The translations under genes were made by a program, and so were the position numbers. Source: Anaeramoeba ignava BMAN (Eukaryota; Protista; Anaeramoebae). Taken from it: a stretch of 64,000 nucleotides of DNA. Shown here piece after piece: positions 1 through 10,530 of this stretch. The stretch is from contig JAPDFW010000125.1 of NCBI GenBank assembly GCA_028826165.1, positions 186,001-250,000 on the forward strand, in the 5' to 3' direction. How positions within the stretch are numbered: position 1 is the stretch's first letter; the number at the start of each line of letters is the position of its first letter. The notes under the pieces were generated by a model, which did no database searches, had not been told where the DNA came from, and saw nothing but the letters and a program-made list of their open reading frames with translations.

Positions 1-1130
1 TCAAGATTGGAAAAAGAAGAAGAATAATAAAGAAATGATCTATTATTTCCACAAGAAATATGATAATTAGAAATATTTTCATTAAATCTTAATTTAGGAA
101 GTTCAATTTGAATTGGAATATCTTCTTCTCCTGTATCTTCATTTCCTAATTCACTAAAATAATTATATCCAAATCCAATTAATTTCTCTTTTTTAGTTAA
201 AATCAAAGTATGAGCATATCCAACAGAAAAATCAAGAATATTATCATCATTTTCAAATAAAGATGATTTGATTTCAGTAAATTCATAAGTATGTTTTTTT
301 TTTCCAAGTCCATTCCAACGATAATTTCCACATGAATAAAGTTTTCTTTTTGGATTTTGATTTTCATTTTCAATCAGCATTATTGAATGATATTCTCCAG
401 ATTGAATATCAATTATTTTACCTTTTGGAATATTTTGAATTTTGGTTAATTTATCGATTGTTTCTTCTTCTTTTCTTGATTCTCCTAATCCAAGTTGGCC
501 ATATTTGTTATATCCGCATACAAATAATTCTTGATTTGAATTTAGAAGAAAAACACTTTTTGAAGAAATTCCTGAAAATATTTTAAAAACATTTTTCATC
601 ATTAAAATTGGTTTTTCTGTTCCAAATGTTTCAGAATCAAAACCAAGTTGATCATTATAATTATCACCAATTCCATAAGCATTTTGATTTGAAGTTAATA
701 AGTAAATTGAACGAGATCCAGAAACAATATCTTGAATTATTCTATCATTTGTATCTTCAATTAATGATGAAATATTGATAAATTCTTTTAGATTTTTTGA
801 ATTAATATATTCTCCTTTGGCAAATACATTTCCTTCTATTGTTAAAATAGCTTCATTTTGATCACAAACAGTTACTTTTTGAATATTTTCTTCAATTTGG
901 ATTTTTGAAGGATTTTGTTTTGAATCATTTTCATTTAAATATTCTATTGCTTTTCCATTTTCAAAAAGGAAAATTGCTGAAAAATTTGATGATGAAATTT
1001 GTTTAATTTGTTTAATTTCATTTTCATTTTCATTTTCAAATTTAAATTGAATTGGTTTTTTTATTATTTTTCGTTCATTTTTGATAAGAATTGGATATTT
1101 ATTTAAACCAAAAAATATACAATCATTCAT
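1..1130 (-). CDS. RCC1-repeat (beta-propeller) protein, paralog of the RCC1-BTB gene at 2026-3852; 3' part runs off the window edge
   Basis: ATG at 1130 (MNDCIFFGLNKYPILIKNE...), open to position 1. RCC1-type motifs GDNYNDQLG, CGYNKYGQLG, SVGYAHTLIL. Colinear with 2661-3852. Confidence 0.9.
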   Translation of the reverse strand, partial: MNDCIFFGLNKYPILIKNERKIIKKPIQFKFENENENEIKQIKQISSSNFSAIFLFENGKAIEYLNENDSKQNPSKIQIEENIQKVTVCDQNEAILTIEGNVFAKGEYINSKNLKEFINISSLIEDTNDRIIQDIVSGSRSIYLLTSNQNAYGIGDNYNDQLGFDSETFGTEKPILMMKNVFKIFSGISSKSVFLLNSNQELFVCGYNKYGQLGLGESRKEEETIDKLTKIQNIPKGKIIDIQSGEYHSIMLIENENQNPKRKLYSCGNYRWNGLGKKKHTYEFTEIKSSLFENDDNILDFSVGYAHTLILTKKEKLIGFGYNYFSELGNEDTGEEDIPIQIELPKLRFNENISNYHISCGNNRSFLYYSSSFSNL

Positions 1131-1267
1131 TTTCGAAAAGAAAAAAATGAAAAATGAAAAATGAAAAATGAAAAAAAAGCAACAAAAAAAAATGTCAAAA
1201 CAAATTTTTCATTTTTTTTTTAAAAAAAAGAATAAGAATTAAAAAAAAGAAATTAATCCAATTAACA
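1131..1267. promoter_or_regulatory. Compact bidirectional promoter between RCC1-BTB copy A and Rho copy A
   Basis: 137 bp between divergent ATGs; tandem TTCATTTTT motifs facing each gene; nearly identical to 3853-3984. Confidence 0.6.
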
Positions 1268-1846
1268 ATGAATCAAATCAAATGTATTATTATTGGTGAT
1301 ACAACTGTTGGAAAAACGAGTCTTGCAATGACATTTTCAAAGAATGAATTTCCAAAAGAAACAATACCATCAGTATATGAAAATTTTACAAAAGATTTCT
1401 CAGATGGACCAACAATAAATTTAGCAATATGGGATACACATTGTGATCCTGATTATGATAAACTTCGCCAACTCTCTTATTCACAAACTGATGTTTTTAT
1501 GATTTGCTTTTCTTTAGTTTCAGAAGAATCTTTTGTTCATGTCAAAACTAAATGGGTTCCAGAAGTTCGAAAACTACAACCATCAGCACAAATTCTTCTT
1601 GTTGGTACAAAAATGGATTTGAGAAATGATCCACAAACTATTAAAAAACTTGAAGATGTTGGTTTATCTCCTATTACTCAACAATCAGCTATGGATCTTG
1701 CTTATGAATTGGGTTCTCTTAAATATGTTGAATGTTCTGCTTTCACTCAAAAAGATTTATCATTTGTTTTTGAAGAAGCTATTCGTGCAGTTGTCCCATT
1801 ATTTTATGTTCGAAATAGTGATAAATCCAAATGTTTTATTTTATGA
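1268..1846 (+). CDS. Atypical Rho/Rac-family small GTPase, copy A
   Basis: G1 GDTTVGKT, switch I PSVYENF, G3 WDTHCD, G4 GTKMD, G5 ECSA, Rho insert helix, CAAX CFIL; 192 aa, intronless. Confidence 0.93.
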   Translation: MNQIKCIIIGDTTVGKTSLAMTFSKNEFPKETIPSVYENFTKDFSDGPTINLAIWDTHCDPDYDKLRQLSYSQTDVFMICFSLVSEESFVHVKTKWVPEVRKLQPSAQILLVGTKMDLRNDPQTIKKLEDVGLSPITQQSAMDLAYELGSLKYVECSAFTQKDLSFVFEEAIRAVVPLFYVRNSDKSKCFIL

Positions 1847-2025
1847 TTTCTTTTTTTTTACTCTCTTTTTTTTTTCAAATTCAAAGAAAAAAATCTTTCA
1901 AAATTAAATTGGAATTATTTTTTTTAATTATAATTTTAATTTTAATTTTAATTTTAATTTTAATTTTAATTTTAATTTTAATTTTAATTTTAATATTAAT
2001 TTTAATTTTGATTTTAATTTTAATT

Positions 2026-3852
2026 TTAATTTTGATTATTAAATTTATTAATTAATAAATCAAATAAATTTGGATTTGTTTGATTTAATTGAAAATAATC
2101 AATTCCAATTTTAATTTCATCAATTATTTCTTGTGTAATTTCAATTTCTTCTTTAATTTGATTTGAATAAATCCAATATTCAAATATTTGGAATGATTTA
2201 TTACTTAATTCACTATAATCTGTAACTTTATTTGATTTATCTTCAGTTACAGATAAAAACATTCCTCGATATAATTCACTTCTCATTATTAATATTAATT
2301 TGGGAAATTTATATTGTTTTTCTTTTCTTTCAATTATAAAATCTTTTTCATTTTCATTTAAATAAATTCTTTTCATTGTTTCTTCAATTTTTTCATTGTA
2401 ATTTATAATTTCTTTAATTTCAGAATATAATTTTGGATTTATTTTAGAATTGTTTGAATAAATCATTTCAAATATTTGATTTGATTCTTTAATTGATTTT
2501 TTTGAAATAATTTCTTGAAGTTTTTCAATTTCATTTTGATTTTGATTTTGATTTAATCTATATTTCAATATTAATTTATGAGCTGAGATTATTTCTCCAT
2601 TTTTGGTTTTAAATGAAATATCACAAAATTCTTTTCTTTCAAATAGTTTTATCAAATCTTCTTCAAGATTGGAAAGAGAAGGAGAAGAATAATAAAGAAA
2701 TGATTTGTTAATACCACAAGAAATATGATAATTGAGAATATCTTTATTAAATCTTAATTTAGGAAGTTTAATTTGAATTGGAGAATATTGATGTTTTGTA
2801 TCTTCAGTTCCTAATTGACCATATTCATTACTTCCAAATCCTATCAATTTTGAATTGGATGTTAAAATCAAAGTATGAGCATTTCCACAAGAAATTTCAA
2901 GAATATTATCATCATTTTCAAATAAAGGTGATTCGATTTCAGTAAATTCATGAATACGTTTTTCGTAAACTTGATGTCTTTTATCAATTCCGTGATAACC
3001 ATGTCTTCCACATGAATAAAGTTTTCTTTTTGGATTTTGATTTTGATTTTGATTTTCATTTTCAATCAACATTATTGAATGATCATATCCACATTGAATA
3101 TCAATTATTTTGCCTTTTGGAATATTTTGGATTTTAGTTAATTTATCGATTGTTTCTTCTTCTATTGATTCTCCTAATCCAAGTTGACTAACTTGATTAT
3201 ATCCACATCCAAATAATTCTTGATTTGAATTTAAAAGAAAAACATGATTTGAAGTATTTCCTGAAAATATTTTAAAAACATTTTTCATCATTAAAATTGG
3301 TTTTTTTGTTTTTCTAAGTGTTTCAGAATCTAAACCAAGTTGACCAAAATGATTTGAACCAATTCCATAAGCATTTTGATTTGAAGTTAATAAGTAAATT
3401 GAATTTCTTCCAGAAACAATATCTTGAATTATTCTATCATTTGTATCTTCAATTAATGATGAAATATTGATAAATTCTTTTGGATTATTTGGATTAATAT
3501 TTTCTCCTTTAGCAAATACATTTCCTTCTATTGTTAAAATAGCTTCATTTTGACGACCAACAGTTACTTTTTGAATATTTTCAATTTGGATTTTTGAAGG
3601 ATTTTGATTTGAATCATTTTCACTTAAATATTCTATTGCTTTTCCATTTTCAAAAAGGAAAATTGTTGAAAAATTTGATGATGAAATTTGTTTAATTTCA
3701 TTTTCATTTTCATTTTCATTTTCATTTTCATTTTCATTTTCATTTTCATTTTCATTTTCAAATTTAAATTGAATTGGTTTTGTTATTATTTCTGGTTCAT
3801 TTTTGATAATTTTTGGTAATTGATTTAAACCAAAAAATAAAATTTCATTCAT
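2026..3852 (-). CDS. RCC1-repeat + BTB/POZ domain protein (putative Cullin-3 substrate adaptor), copy B
   Basis: True start MNEILFFG at 3852. RCC1 repeats GSNHFGQLG, CGYDHS, SCGNAHT, GSNEYGQLG. BTB motifs FCDISF...ISAHKLIL and FPKLILIMRSELYRGMF...FEYWIYSN. Confidence 0.9.
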   Translation of the reverse strand: MNEILFFGLNQLPKIIKNEPEIITKPIQFKFENENENENENENENENENENEIKQISSSNFSTIFLFENGKAIEYLSENDSNQNPSKIQIENIQKVTVGRQNEAILTIEGNVFAKGENINPNNPKEFINISSLIEDTNDRIIQDIVSGRNSIYLLTSNQNAYGIGSNHFGQLGLDSETLRKTKKPILMMKNVFKIFSGNTSNHVFLLNSNQELFGCGYNQVSQLGLGESIEEETIDKLTKIQNIPKGKIIDIQCGYDHSIMLIENENQNQNQNPKRKLYSCGRHGYHGIDKRHQVYEKRIHEFTEIESPLFENDDNILEISCGNAHTLILTSNSKLIGFGSNEYGQLGTEDTKHQYSPIQIKLPKLRFNKDILNYHISCGINKSFLYYSSPSLSNLEEDLIKLFERKEFCDISFKTKNGEIISAHKLILKYRLNQNQNQNEIEKLQEIISKKSIKESNQIFEMIYSNNSKINPKLYSEIKEIINYNEKIEETMKRIYLNENEKDFIIERKEKQYKFPKLILIMRSELYRGMFLSVTEDKSNKVTDYSELSNKSFQIFEYWIYSNQIKEEIEITQEIIDEIKIGIDYFQLNQTNPNLFDLLINKFNNQN

Positions 3853-3984
3853 TTTCGAAAAGAAAAAAATGAAAAATGAAAAATGAAAAAAAAGCAACAA
3901 AAAAAAAAATGTCAAAACAAATTTTTCATTTTTTTTTTAAAAAAAAGAAAAAGAATTAAAAAAAAGAAATTAATCCAATTAACA
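3853..3984. promoter_or_regulatory. Compact bidirectional promoter between RCC1-BTB copy B and Rho copy B
   Basis: 132 bp between divergent ATGs; duplicate of 1131-1267. Confidence 0.6.
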
Positions 3985-4566
3985 ATGAATAAATTGAAAT
4001 GCATTATTATTGGTGATACAACTGTTGGAAAAACGAGTCTTGCAATGACATTTTCAAAGAATGGATTTCCAAAAGAAACAATACCATCAGTATATGAAAA
4101 TTTTACAAAAGATTTCGTAATTGAAGGAAACTCAATAAATTTAACAATATACGATACACATTGTGATCCTGATTATGATAAACTTCGCCCACTTATTTAT
4201 CAGCAAACTGATGTTTTTATGATTTGCTTTTCTTTAGTTTCAGAAGAATCTTTTGTTCATGTCAAAACTAAATGGGTTCCAGAAGTTCGAAAACTTCAAC
4301 CAAAAGCTAGAAGTATTCTTGTTGGTACAAAAATGGATTTGAGAAATGATCCACAAACTATTAAAAAACTTGAAGATGTTGGTTTATCTCCTATTACTCA
4401 ACAATCAGCTATGGATCTTGCTTATGAATTGGGTTCTCTTAAATATGTTGAATGTTCTGCTTTCACTCAAAAGGATTTATCATTTGTTTTTGAAGAAGCT
4501 ATTCGTGCAGTTACTGACGGACCTCCTCCTAAAAGTGATAAAAAATCCAAATGCTTTATTTTATGA
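3985..4566 (+). CDS. Atypical Rho/Rac-family small GTPase, copy B
   Basis: Start MNKLKC at 3985; same motifs as copy A (GDTTVGKT, YDTHCD, GTKMD, ECSA, CFIL). Confidence 0.93.
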   Translation: MNKLKCIIIGDTTVGKTSLAMTFSKNGFPKETIPSVYENFTKDFVIEGNSINLTIYDTHCDPDYDKLRPLIYQQTDVFMICFSLVSEESFVHVKTKWVPEVRKLQPKARSILVGTKMDLRNDPQTIKKLEDVGLSPITQQSAMDLAYELGSLKYVECSAFTQKDLSFVFEEAIRAVTDGPPPKSDKKSKCFIL

Positions 4567-4685
4567 TTTCTTTTTTTTACTCTCTTTTTTTTTTCAAATT
4601 CAAAGAAAAAAAATCTTTCAAAATTAAATCGGAATTATTTTTTTTAATTTTAATTTTAATTTTGATTTTAATTTTAATTTTAAAG

Positions 4686-5995
4686 TTAATTTTAAAGTTA
4701 AGTATTTAATATTCTTTATTTCATTTTTTCAATTTGTTTGGAAATTATTTTTTAATTTTTCCTTTTTTTGGATAATAAAAATAAAATTAATTAAAACTTA
4801 AAAATATTAATTTAATCAAATAAAACATTAATTTAATTTAAAATAAATTGAAAATGAAATTGATTTAATATTCAAAATTATTAAAATAAATTAAATTTTA
4901 TTATAAAAAATATTTTATATTTTAATCAATTTTTTTTTAATTTTTAAAATAATTTTAAATTAAATAAAATAAATAAAAATTAATAAAATATAAAAATAAA
5001 ATTAATTTTAAAGTTAAGTATTTAATATTCTTTATTTCATTTTTTTAATTTGTTTGAAAATTATTTTTTAATTTTTATTTTTTTTGGATAATAAAAATAA
5101 AATTAATTAAAACTTAAAAATATTAATTTAATCAAATAAAATATTAATTTAATTTAAAATAAATTGAAAATGAAATTAATTTAATATTCAAAATTATTAA
5201 ATTAAATTAAATTTTATTATAAAAAATATTTTATATTTTTAATCAATTTTTTTCAATTTTTAAAATAATTTTAAATTAAATAAATTAAATAAAAATTAAT
5301 AAAATATAAAAAAATAAAATTAATTTTAAAGTTAAATTTATTTAATATTCTTTATTTCATTTTTTCAATTTTTTTGGAAATTATTTTTTAATTTTCCTTT
5401 TTGGATAATAAAAATAAAAATAATTAAAACTTAAAAATATTAATTTAATCAAATAAAACATTAATTTAATTTAAAATAAATTGAAAATGAAATTGATTTA
5501 ATATTCAAAATTATTAAAATAAATTAAATTTTATTATAAAAATATTATATATTTTAATCAATTTTTTTTTAATTTTTAAAATAATTTTAAATTAAATAAA
5601 ATAAATAAAAATAAATAAAATATAAAAATAGAATTAATTTTAAAGTTAAGTATTTAATATTCTTTATTTCATTTTTTTAATTTGTTTGAAAATTATTTTT
5701 AATTTTTCCTTTTTGGATAATAAAAATAAAATTAATTAAAACTTAAAAATATTAATTTAATCAAATAAAATATTAATTTAATTTAAAATAAATTAAAAAT
5801 GAAATTAATTTAATATTCAAAATTATTAAATTAAATTAAATTTTATTATAAAAAATATTATATATTTTAGTTAAATTTTTTTTCAATTTTTAAAATAATT
5901 TTAAATTAAATAAAATAAATAAAAATTAATAAAATATAAAAAATAGAATTAATTTTAAAGTTAAATATTTAATATTCTTTATTTCATTTTTTCAA
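4686..5995 (+). repeat. AT-rich tandem satellite, ~316-bp unit, ~4 copies
   Basis: Anchor AAAGTTAA...TTTAATATTCTTTATTTCATTTTTT recurs at 4697, 5013, 5331, 5645, 5960. Confidence 0.92.
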
Positions 5996-6079
5996 TTTTT
6001 TAATTTTTTTCATTTTTCATTTTTCATTTTTTCATTTTTTCAAATATTGTTTTTCTTTTTTGGTTTAAATTTACATTTT

Positions 6080-6724
6080 ATGGATCCACAACAACGAAAA
6101 TTTCATTTTACAGACACAACACTCGATAGTCAAATGAATGTTGACATGAGTCGAATTGCGAAGATGAGCAACGAAACAATTGAAGAAATAGTAAGTTGCG
6201 CAACCAAAATATTAACGAACGATTTAGACGAAACAACACTTGACAACGAACTTAAAAGAATATCCGAAGAAACCAAAATGACAGTTGAAATGATAACAAG
6301 TCCGTTTCGGGGAATTTTGTACTTTTTGCACATGGCTATTCAAAAAAACTTGTCACCAAATTTACTCAAAGCAGATCTTGATCAATTTGGAATTCCTGAA
6401 GAAAAAGCAATTATAATTACTGAAAAGTGGAAAGAAAATTTTATTGAACTTTCTCGTTCAGCCGCTCAAAAATCTCTTGATGTTAATAAACTTGTTGATA
6501 TGGATTGGCGCTTCGGCGTTACTTCTTCTACTAGTGAAATTGAACAACTTGGTACTACTTTTTTGCAAATGAAACTTGTTATTGAAAATGAAACTAATCT
6601 TAATCAGAATAATTCAAATTCTCTCCGTTCTATGGTTCATATGGAACTTGATTTACCTCAATTTTATTCTTTTCTTAAAGAAATGCAAAAGGCAAATACT
6701 AATCTTCAAATGCTTTTGAATTAA
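6080..6724 (+). CDS. COMMD7: COMM domain protein, COMMD7-like (CCC/Commander complex)
   Basis: C-terminal COMM domain LVDMDWRFGVTSSTSE...FLQMKL...MELDLPQFYSFLKEMQK, matching the COMMD7 consensus as recalled; ATG at 6080. Confidence 0.85.
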   Translation: MDPQQRKFHFTDTTLDSQMNVDMSRIAKMSNETIEEIVSCATKILTNDLDETTLDNELKRISEETKMTVEMITSPFRGILYFLHMAIQKNLSPNLLKADLDQFGIPEEKAIIITEKWKENFIELSRSAAQKSLDVNKLVDMDWRFGVTSSTSEIEQLGTTFLQMKLVIENETNLNQNNSNSLRSMVHMELDLPQFYSFLKEMQKANTNLQMLLN

Positions 6725-6829
6725 ATTTAATTTTCTTTTCTTTTTTCTTTTTTTTTTAAACGGAATTAAATAACAAATTTTAAAAACACAAATTTCAACT
6801 AATTTTCTTTTATTTTTTTTTTTAAATTC

Positions 6830-7110
6830 ATTTTTAAATTGAAATTCATTTTGAAATTAAAATTAAAATTCATTTTGAAATTAAAATTCAAATTAGAATT
6901 AAAATTAAAATTCATTTTGGAATTAAAATTCATTTTGAAATTAAAATTGAAATTCATTTTAAAATTTGAAATTAGAATTCAAATTAAAATTGATTTTGAA
7001 ATTAAAATTAAAATTCATTTTGGATTTAAAATTCATTTTAAAATTAAAATTGATTTTGAAATTCATTTTGAAATTTGAAATTGGATTTAAAATTCATTTT
7101 GGATTTAAAA
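6830..7110. repeat. Degenerate hexamer/12-mer simple repeat between convergent genes
   Basis: (AAAATT)/(AAATTCATTTTG) units. Confidence 0.7.
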
Positions 7111-9726
7111 TTAATTTGCGATAATAGAAAATGTAATATTATGCCCATTTAAATCAGGTTGAATAACTTCAGGAACAATAATCTCAATCTTATTCTCTTC
7201 TGGATGTGTCCATTGAACACCATTTGGACTAATATTAACAGAAAATCCATTTGGATAATAATATTCTTCATTTAAATAAATTTCTGTTTGAAGAGGAATA
7301 GATGAATTGAATTGAAATTTAAATTGAAATTTTGATGTTATTGGATCAAAATTCATCATCATTGGAATCCCTTGTATTGCTTGTGCATAAGTTCTAGATA
7401 ATGTTTTAACTTTTCCTGTTTTTAAAGTTCCATTTGGGAAATAAAATGATTCACTGACAGAAGCAGCTATTAATTTTAATTTTAATTTTAATTTAAATTT
7501 TAATTTAAATTTTAATTTTAATTTTAATTTTAATTTTGATTTTGATTTTAATTTTAATTTTAATTTTAATTTTAATTTCAATTTTAATTTAAATTTTAAT
7601 TTTAATTTTAATTTTAATTTAAATTTTAATTTTTAATTTTAATTTTGATTTTAATTTTAATTTTAATTTAAATTTTAATTTTAATTTTAATTTTAATTTT
7701 AATTTAATTTTTAATTTTAATTTTAATTTTAATTTTAATTTTAATTTTAATTTTAATTTTGATTTTAATTTTGATTTAATTTTAATTTAAATTTAATTTT
7801 GATTTAAATTTTACTTGTTGTGATATCATCAAAAAATTTAAATTGCCAATAAAAATAACTTTGAAGTTGTTTATCAGCATTCATTTCGACATAATTCAAA
7901 GCTTCTAAAGAAGAAACATCTTGGTCATCAGCACCAAATTCAGTTAAAATTCCACCAATTTTCATACGATCTCTTTCATATTGAGCAAGATCCCAAAATA
8001 TTTGGTCAGTAATATTGCAGAACAATAAATTACTAGGTTCACCAGATTCTTTTTTTGTAATGCAATATATGTGATAGCTATAGAGTTGTTTGTCATTATC
8101 TTCAAACCCTCCTGGACCAGAATCAAATCCTCCATTAATTAACTGGCCTAAAATATCATCAAAAAGAACAATGTGTGATGGATCTTTAACGCGAATTTGT
8201 TCGTAAAGCATCTTGTACATTGGCATAAGTCGCTCTTTTTCTGCGTTTCCACTAACTAAAAGACTTGGATGTGTATAAATATCTCCGAAAAAAGGTTCGT
8301 TGATAAGTTCATAACCAATCACATATTCTGAGTCTTTAAAAGTTTCAACAACTTGATTCCAAAAATTAAAGAATGCATCCTATTAATTTTTATCATTTTA
8401 TTACGAATATTTCGTTTAATTCATTTCATTTTATTTCATTTTATTTCATTTTATTTCATTTCGTTTAATTTATTTCAATTTATTTCAATTTATTTCAATT
8501 TATTTCCATTTATTTCATTTAATTTATTTCATTTTATTTCAATTTATTTCATTTTATTTCAATTTATTTTATTTTATTTTATTTCAATTTATTTCAATTT
8601 ATTTCATTTTATTTCAATTTATTTTATTTTATTTCATTTAATTTATTTCATTTTATTTCAATTTATTTCAATTTATTTCAATTTATTTCAATTTATTTCA
8701 ATTTATTTCATTTCAATTTATTTCATTTCAATTTATTTCAATTTATTTCATTTTATTTCAATTTATTTCAATTCATTTCAATTTATTTCATTTTATTTCA
8801 ATTTATTTCAATTTATTTCAATTTATTTCAATTTTATTTCAATTTATTTCAATTTATTTCAATTTATTTCAATTTATTTCATTTTATTTCAATTTATTTC
8901 AATTTATTTCAATTTATTTCAATTTATTTCATTTTATTTCAAAGATTAAATTTGTTCTCATCATTTTAAACTTGATATGTTTACTCTTGCATTATCATAA
9001 TTTAAAAATATCTTCTCAAATGTTCTACAAGCTCCATCAGAAAAATAATAATAAAGAAAATTATGTTCTAAACATTGAGTAAGATTTGGATATCCATGTT
9101 CATCAACTGGAAATGGATAAGGAAGATATGGTTCAGGAAAAGGAACAACACCTGGATCTACAATATAATCAGGAACACCTTCTCCACAAAATTTTGGAGA
9201 AAGAACATCTAAAAAAAAATGAAAAAATGAAAAATGAAAACAAAAATAAAAATAAAAATAAAAACAAAAACAAAAACAAAAATAAAAATAAAAAAAAAAA
9301 CAAAAACAAAAACAAAAACAAAAACAAAAACAAAAACAAAAACAACTGACCTTGATGCATGTCAACAATGCTGTAAATGCCATTTGCACCAAGTAAATCA
9401 ACAATTTTCCGCATTGTTGCCAAATAAGTGGCATTATAAACTCCTTCTTCAGGTTCAACTCCAGGCCACATAACACCTAATCTAACTCCATTAAACCCCC
9501 ATTTTTTCAAATTGTCAATGTCTTCTTGAACAAGTGACATTTCTGGTGACCATTCTTCAAGGTTTGGATGATATGGAAACTCTTTTGTTACCATATTTAC
9601 TCCGTGAAAAAGTATTGACCTTCCGTTATTATCTAAAATCATTCGACTTGTTGGATCAACACTTATAAATCCTATAACCATTTTAATAAGTAAAAATGTT
9701 GACAAAAAAATTGTAATTTTTTCCAT
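7111..9726 (-). CDS. Glycoside hydrolase family 5, endoglycoceramidase-like, secreted or lysosomal; 4 exons
   Basis: Exons 9726-9351, 9208-8985, 8379-7815, 7466-7111 joined by GT-AG introns. Signal peptide, HGVN, GFNGVRLG, DMHQDVLSPKFCGEG across junction 1, catalytic NEP and TEFG, and LSRTYAQAIQG. Confidence 0.9.
8380..8984 (-). repeat. Intron filled with 10-mer repeat (TTGAAATAAA)n on the sense strand
   Basis: (TTTATTTCAA)n on + strand, 8420-8940. Confidence 0.85.
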
Positions 9727-9799
9727 TTTATTGTTTTTTGTTCTTAATTCTTTTTCTTTTTTAATTTAAATGAAAAAATGAAAAAATGAAAAAATGAAA

Positions 9800-10530
9800 A
9801 AATGAAATAAAGAATATTAAATACTTAACTTTAAAATTAATTCTATTTTTTATATTTTATTAATTTTTATTTATTTTATTTAATTTAAAATTATTTTAAA
9901 AATTAAAAAAAAATTGATTAAAATATAAAATATTTTTTATAATAAAATTTAATTTAATTTAATAATTTTGAATATTAAATTAATTTCATTTTCAATTTAT
10001 TTTAAATTAAATTAATATTTTATTTGATTAAATTAATATTTTTAAGTTTTAATTAATTTTATTTTTATTATCCAAAAAGGAAAAATTAAAAATAATTTTC
10101 AAACAAATTAAAAAAAATGAAATAAAGAATATTAAATACTTAACTTTTAAAATTAATTCTATTTTTATATTTTATTAATTTTTATTTAATTTATTTAATT
10201 TAAAATTATTTTAAAAATTAAAAAAAAATTGATTAAAATATAAAATATTTTTATAATAAAATTTAATTTAATTTAATAATTTTGAATATTAAATCAATTT
10301 CATTTTTAATTTATTTTAAATTAAAATATTATTTTATTTGATTAAATTAATATTTTTAAGTTTTAATTAATTTTATTTTTATTATCCAAAAAAAAGGAAA
10401 AATTAAAAAATAATTTCCAAACAAATTAAAAAAATGAAATAAAGAATATTAAATACTTAACTTTAAAATTAATTCTATTTTTTATATTTTATTAATTTTT
10501 ATTTATTTTATTTAATTTAAAATTATTTTT
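9800..10530 (-). repeat. Inverted copy of the ~316-bp satellite, ~2.3 units
   Basis: AATGAAATAAAGAATATTAAATACTTAACTTT at ~9802, ~10117 and ~10434 is the reverse complement of the 4686-5995 anchor. Confidence 0.92.

Larger units (their letters stand above)
1..4680. repeat. Direct tandem duplication of a ~2.72 kb two-gene unit (RCC1-BTB / Rho)
   Basis: Start codons offset by 2722 (1130 vs 3852) and 2717 (1268 vs 3985); intergenic and 3' flanks also duplicated (1847-1930 vs 4567-4650). Confidence 0.93.

Noticed and set aside
4686-10530. Autonomous transposon bounded by the inverted satellite arrays
   Set aside because: No transposase and no target-site duplication seen; the enclosed genes are ordinary cellular genes. 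Kept only as a structural finding.
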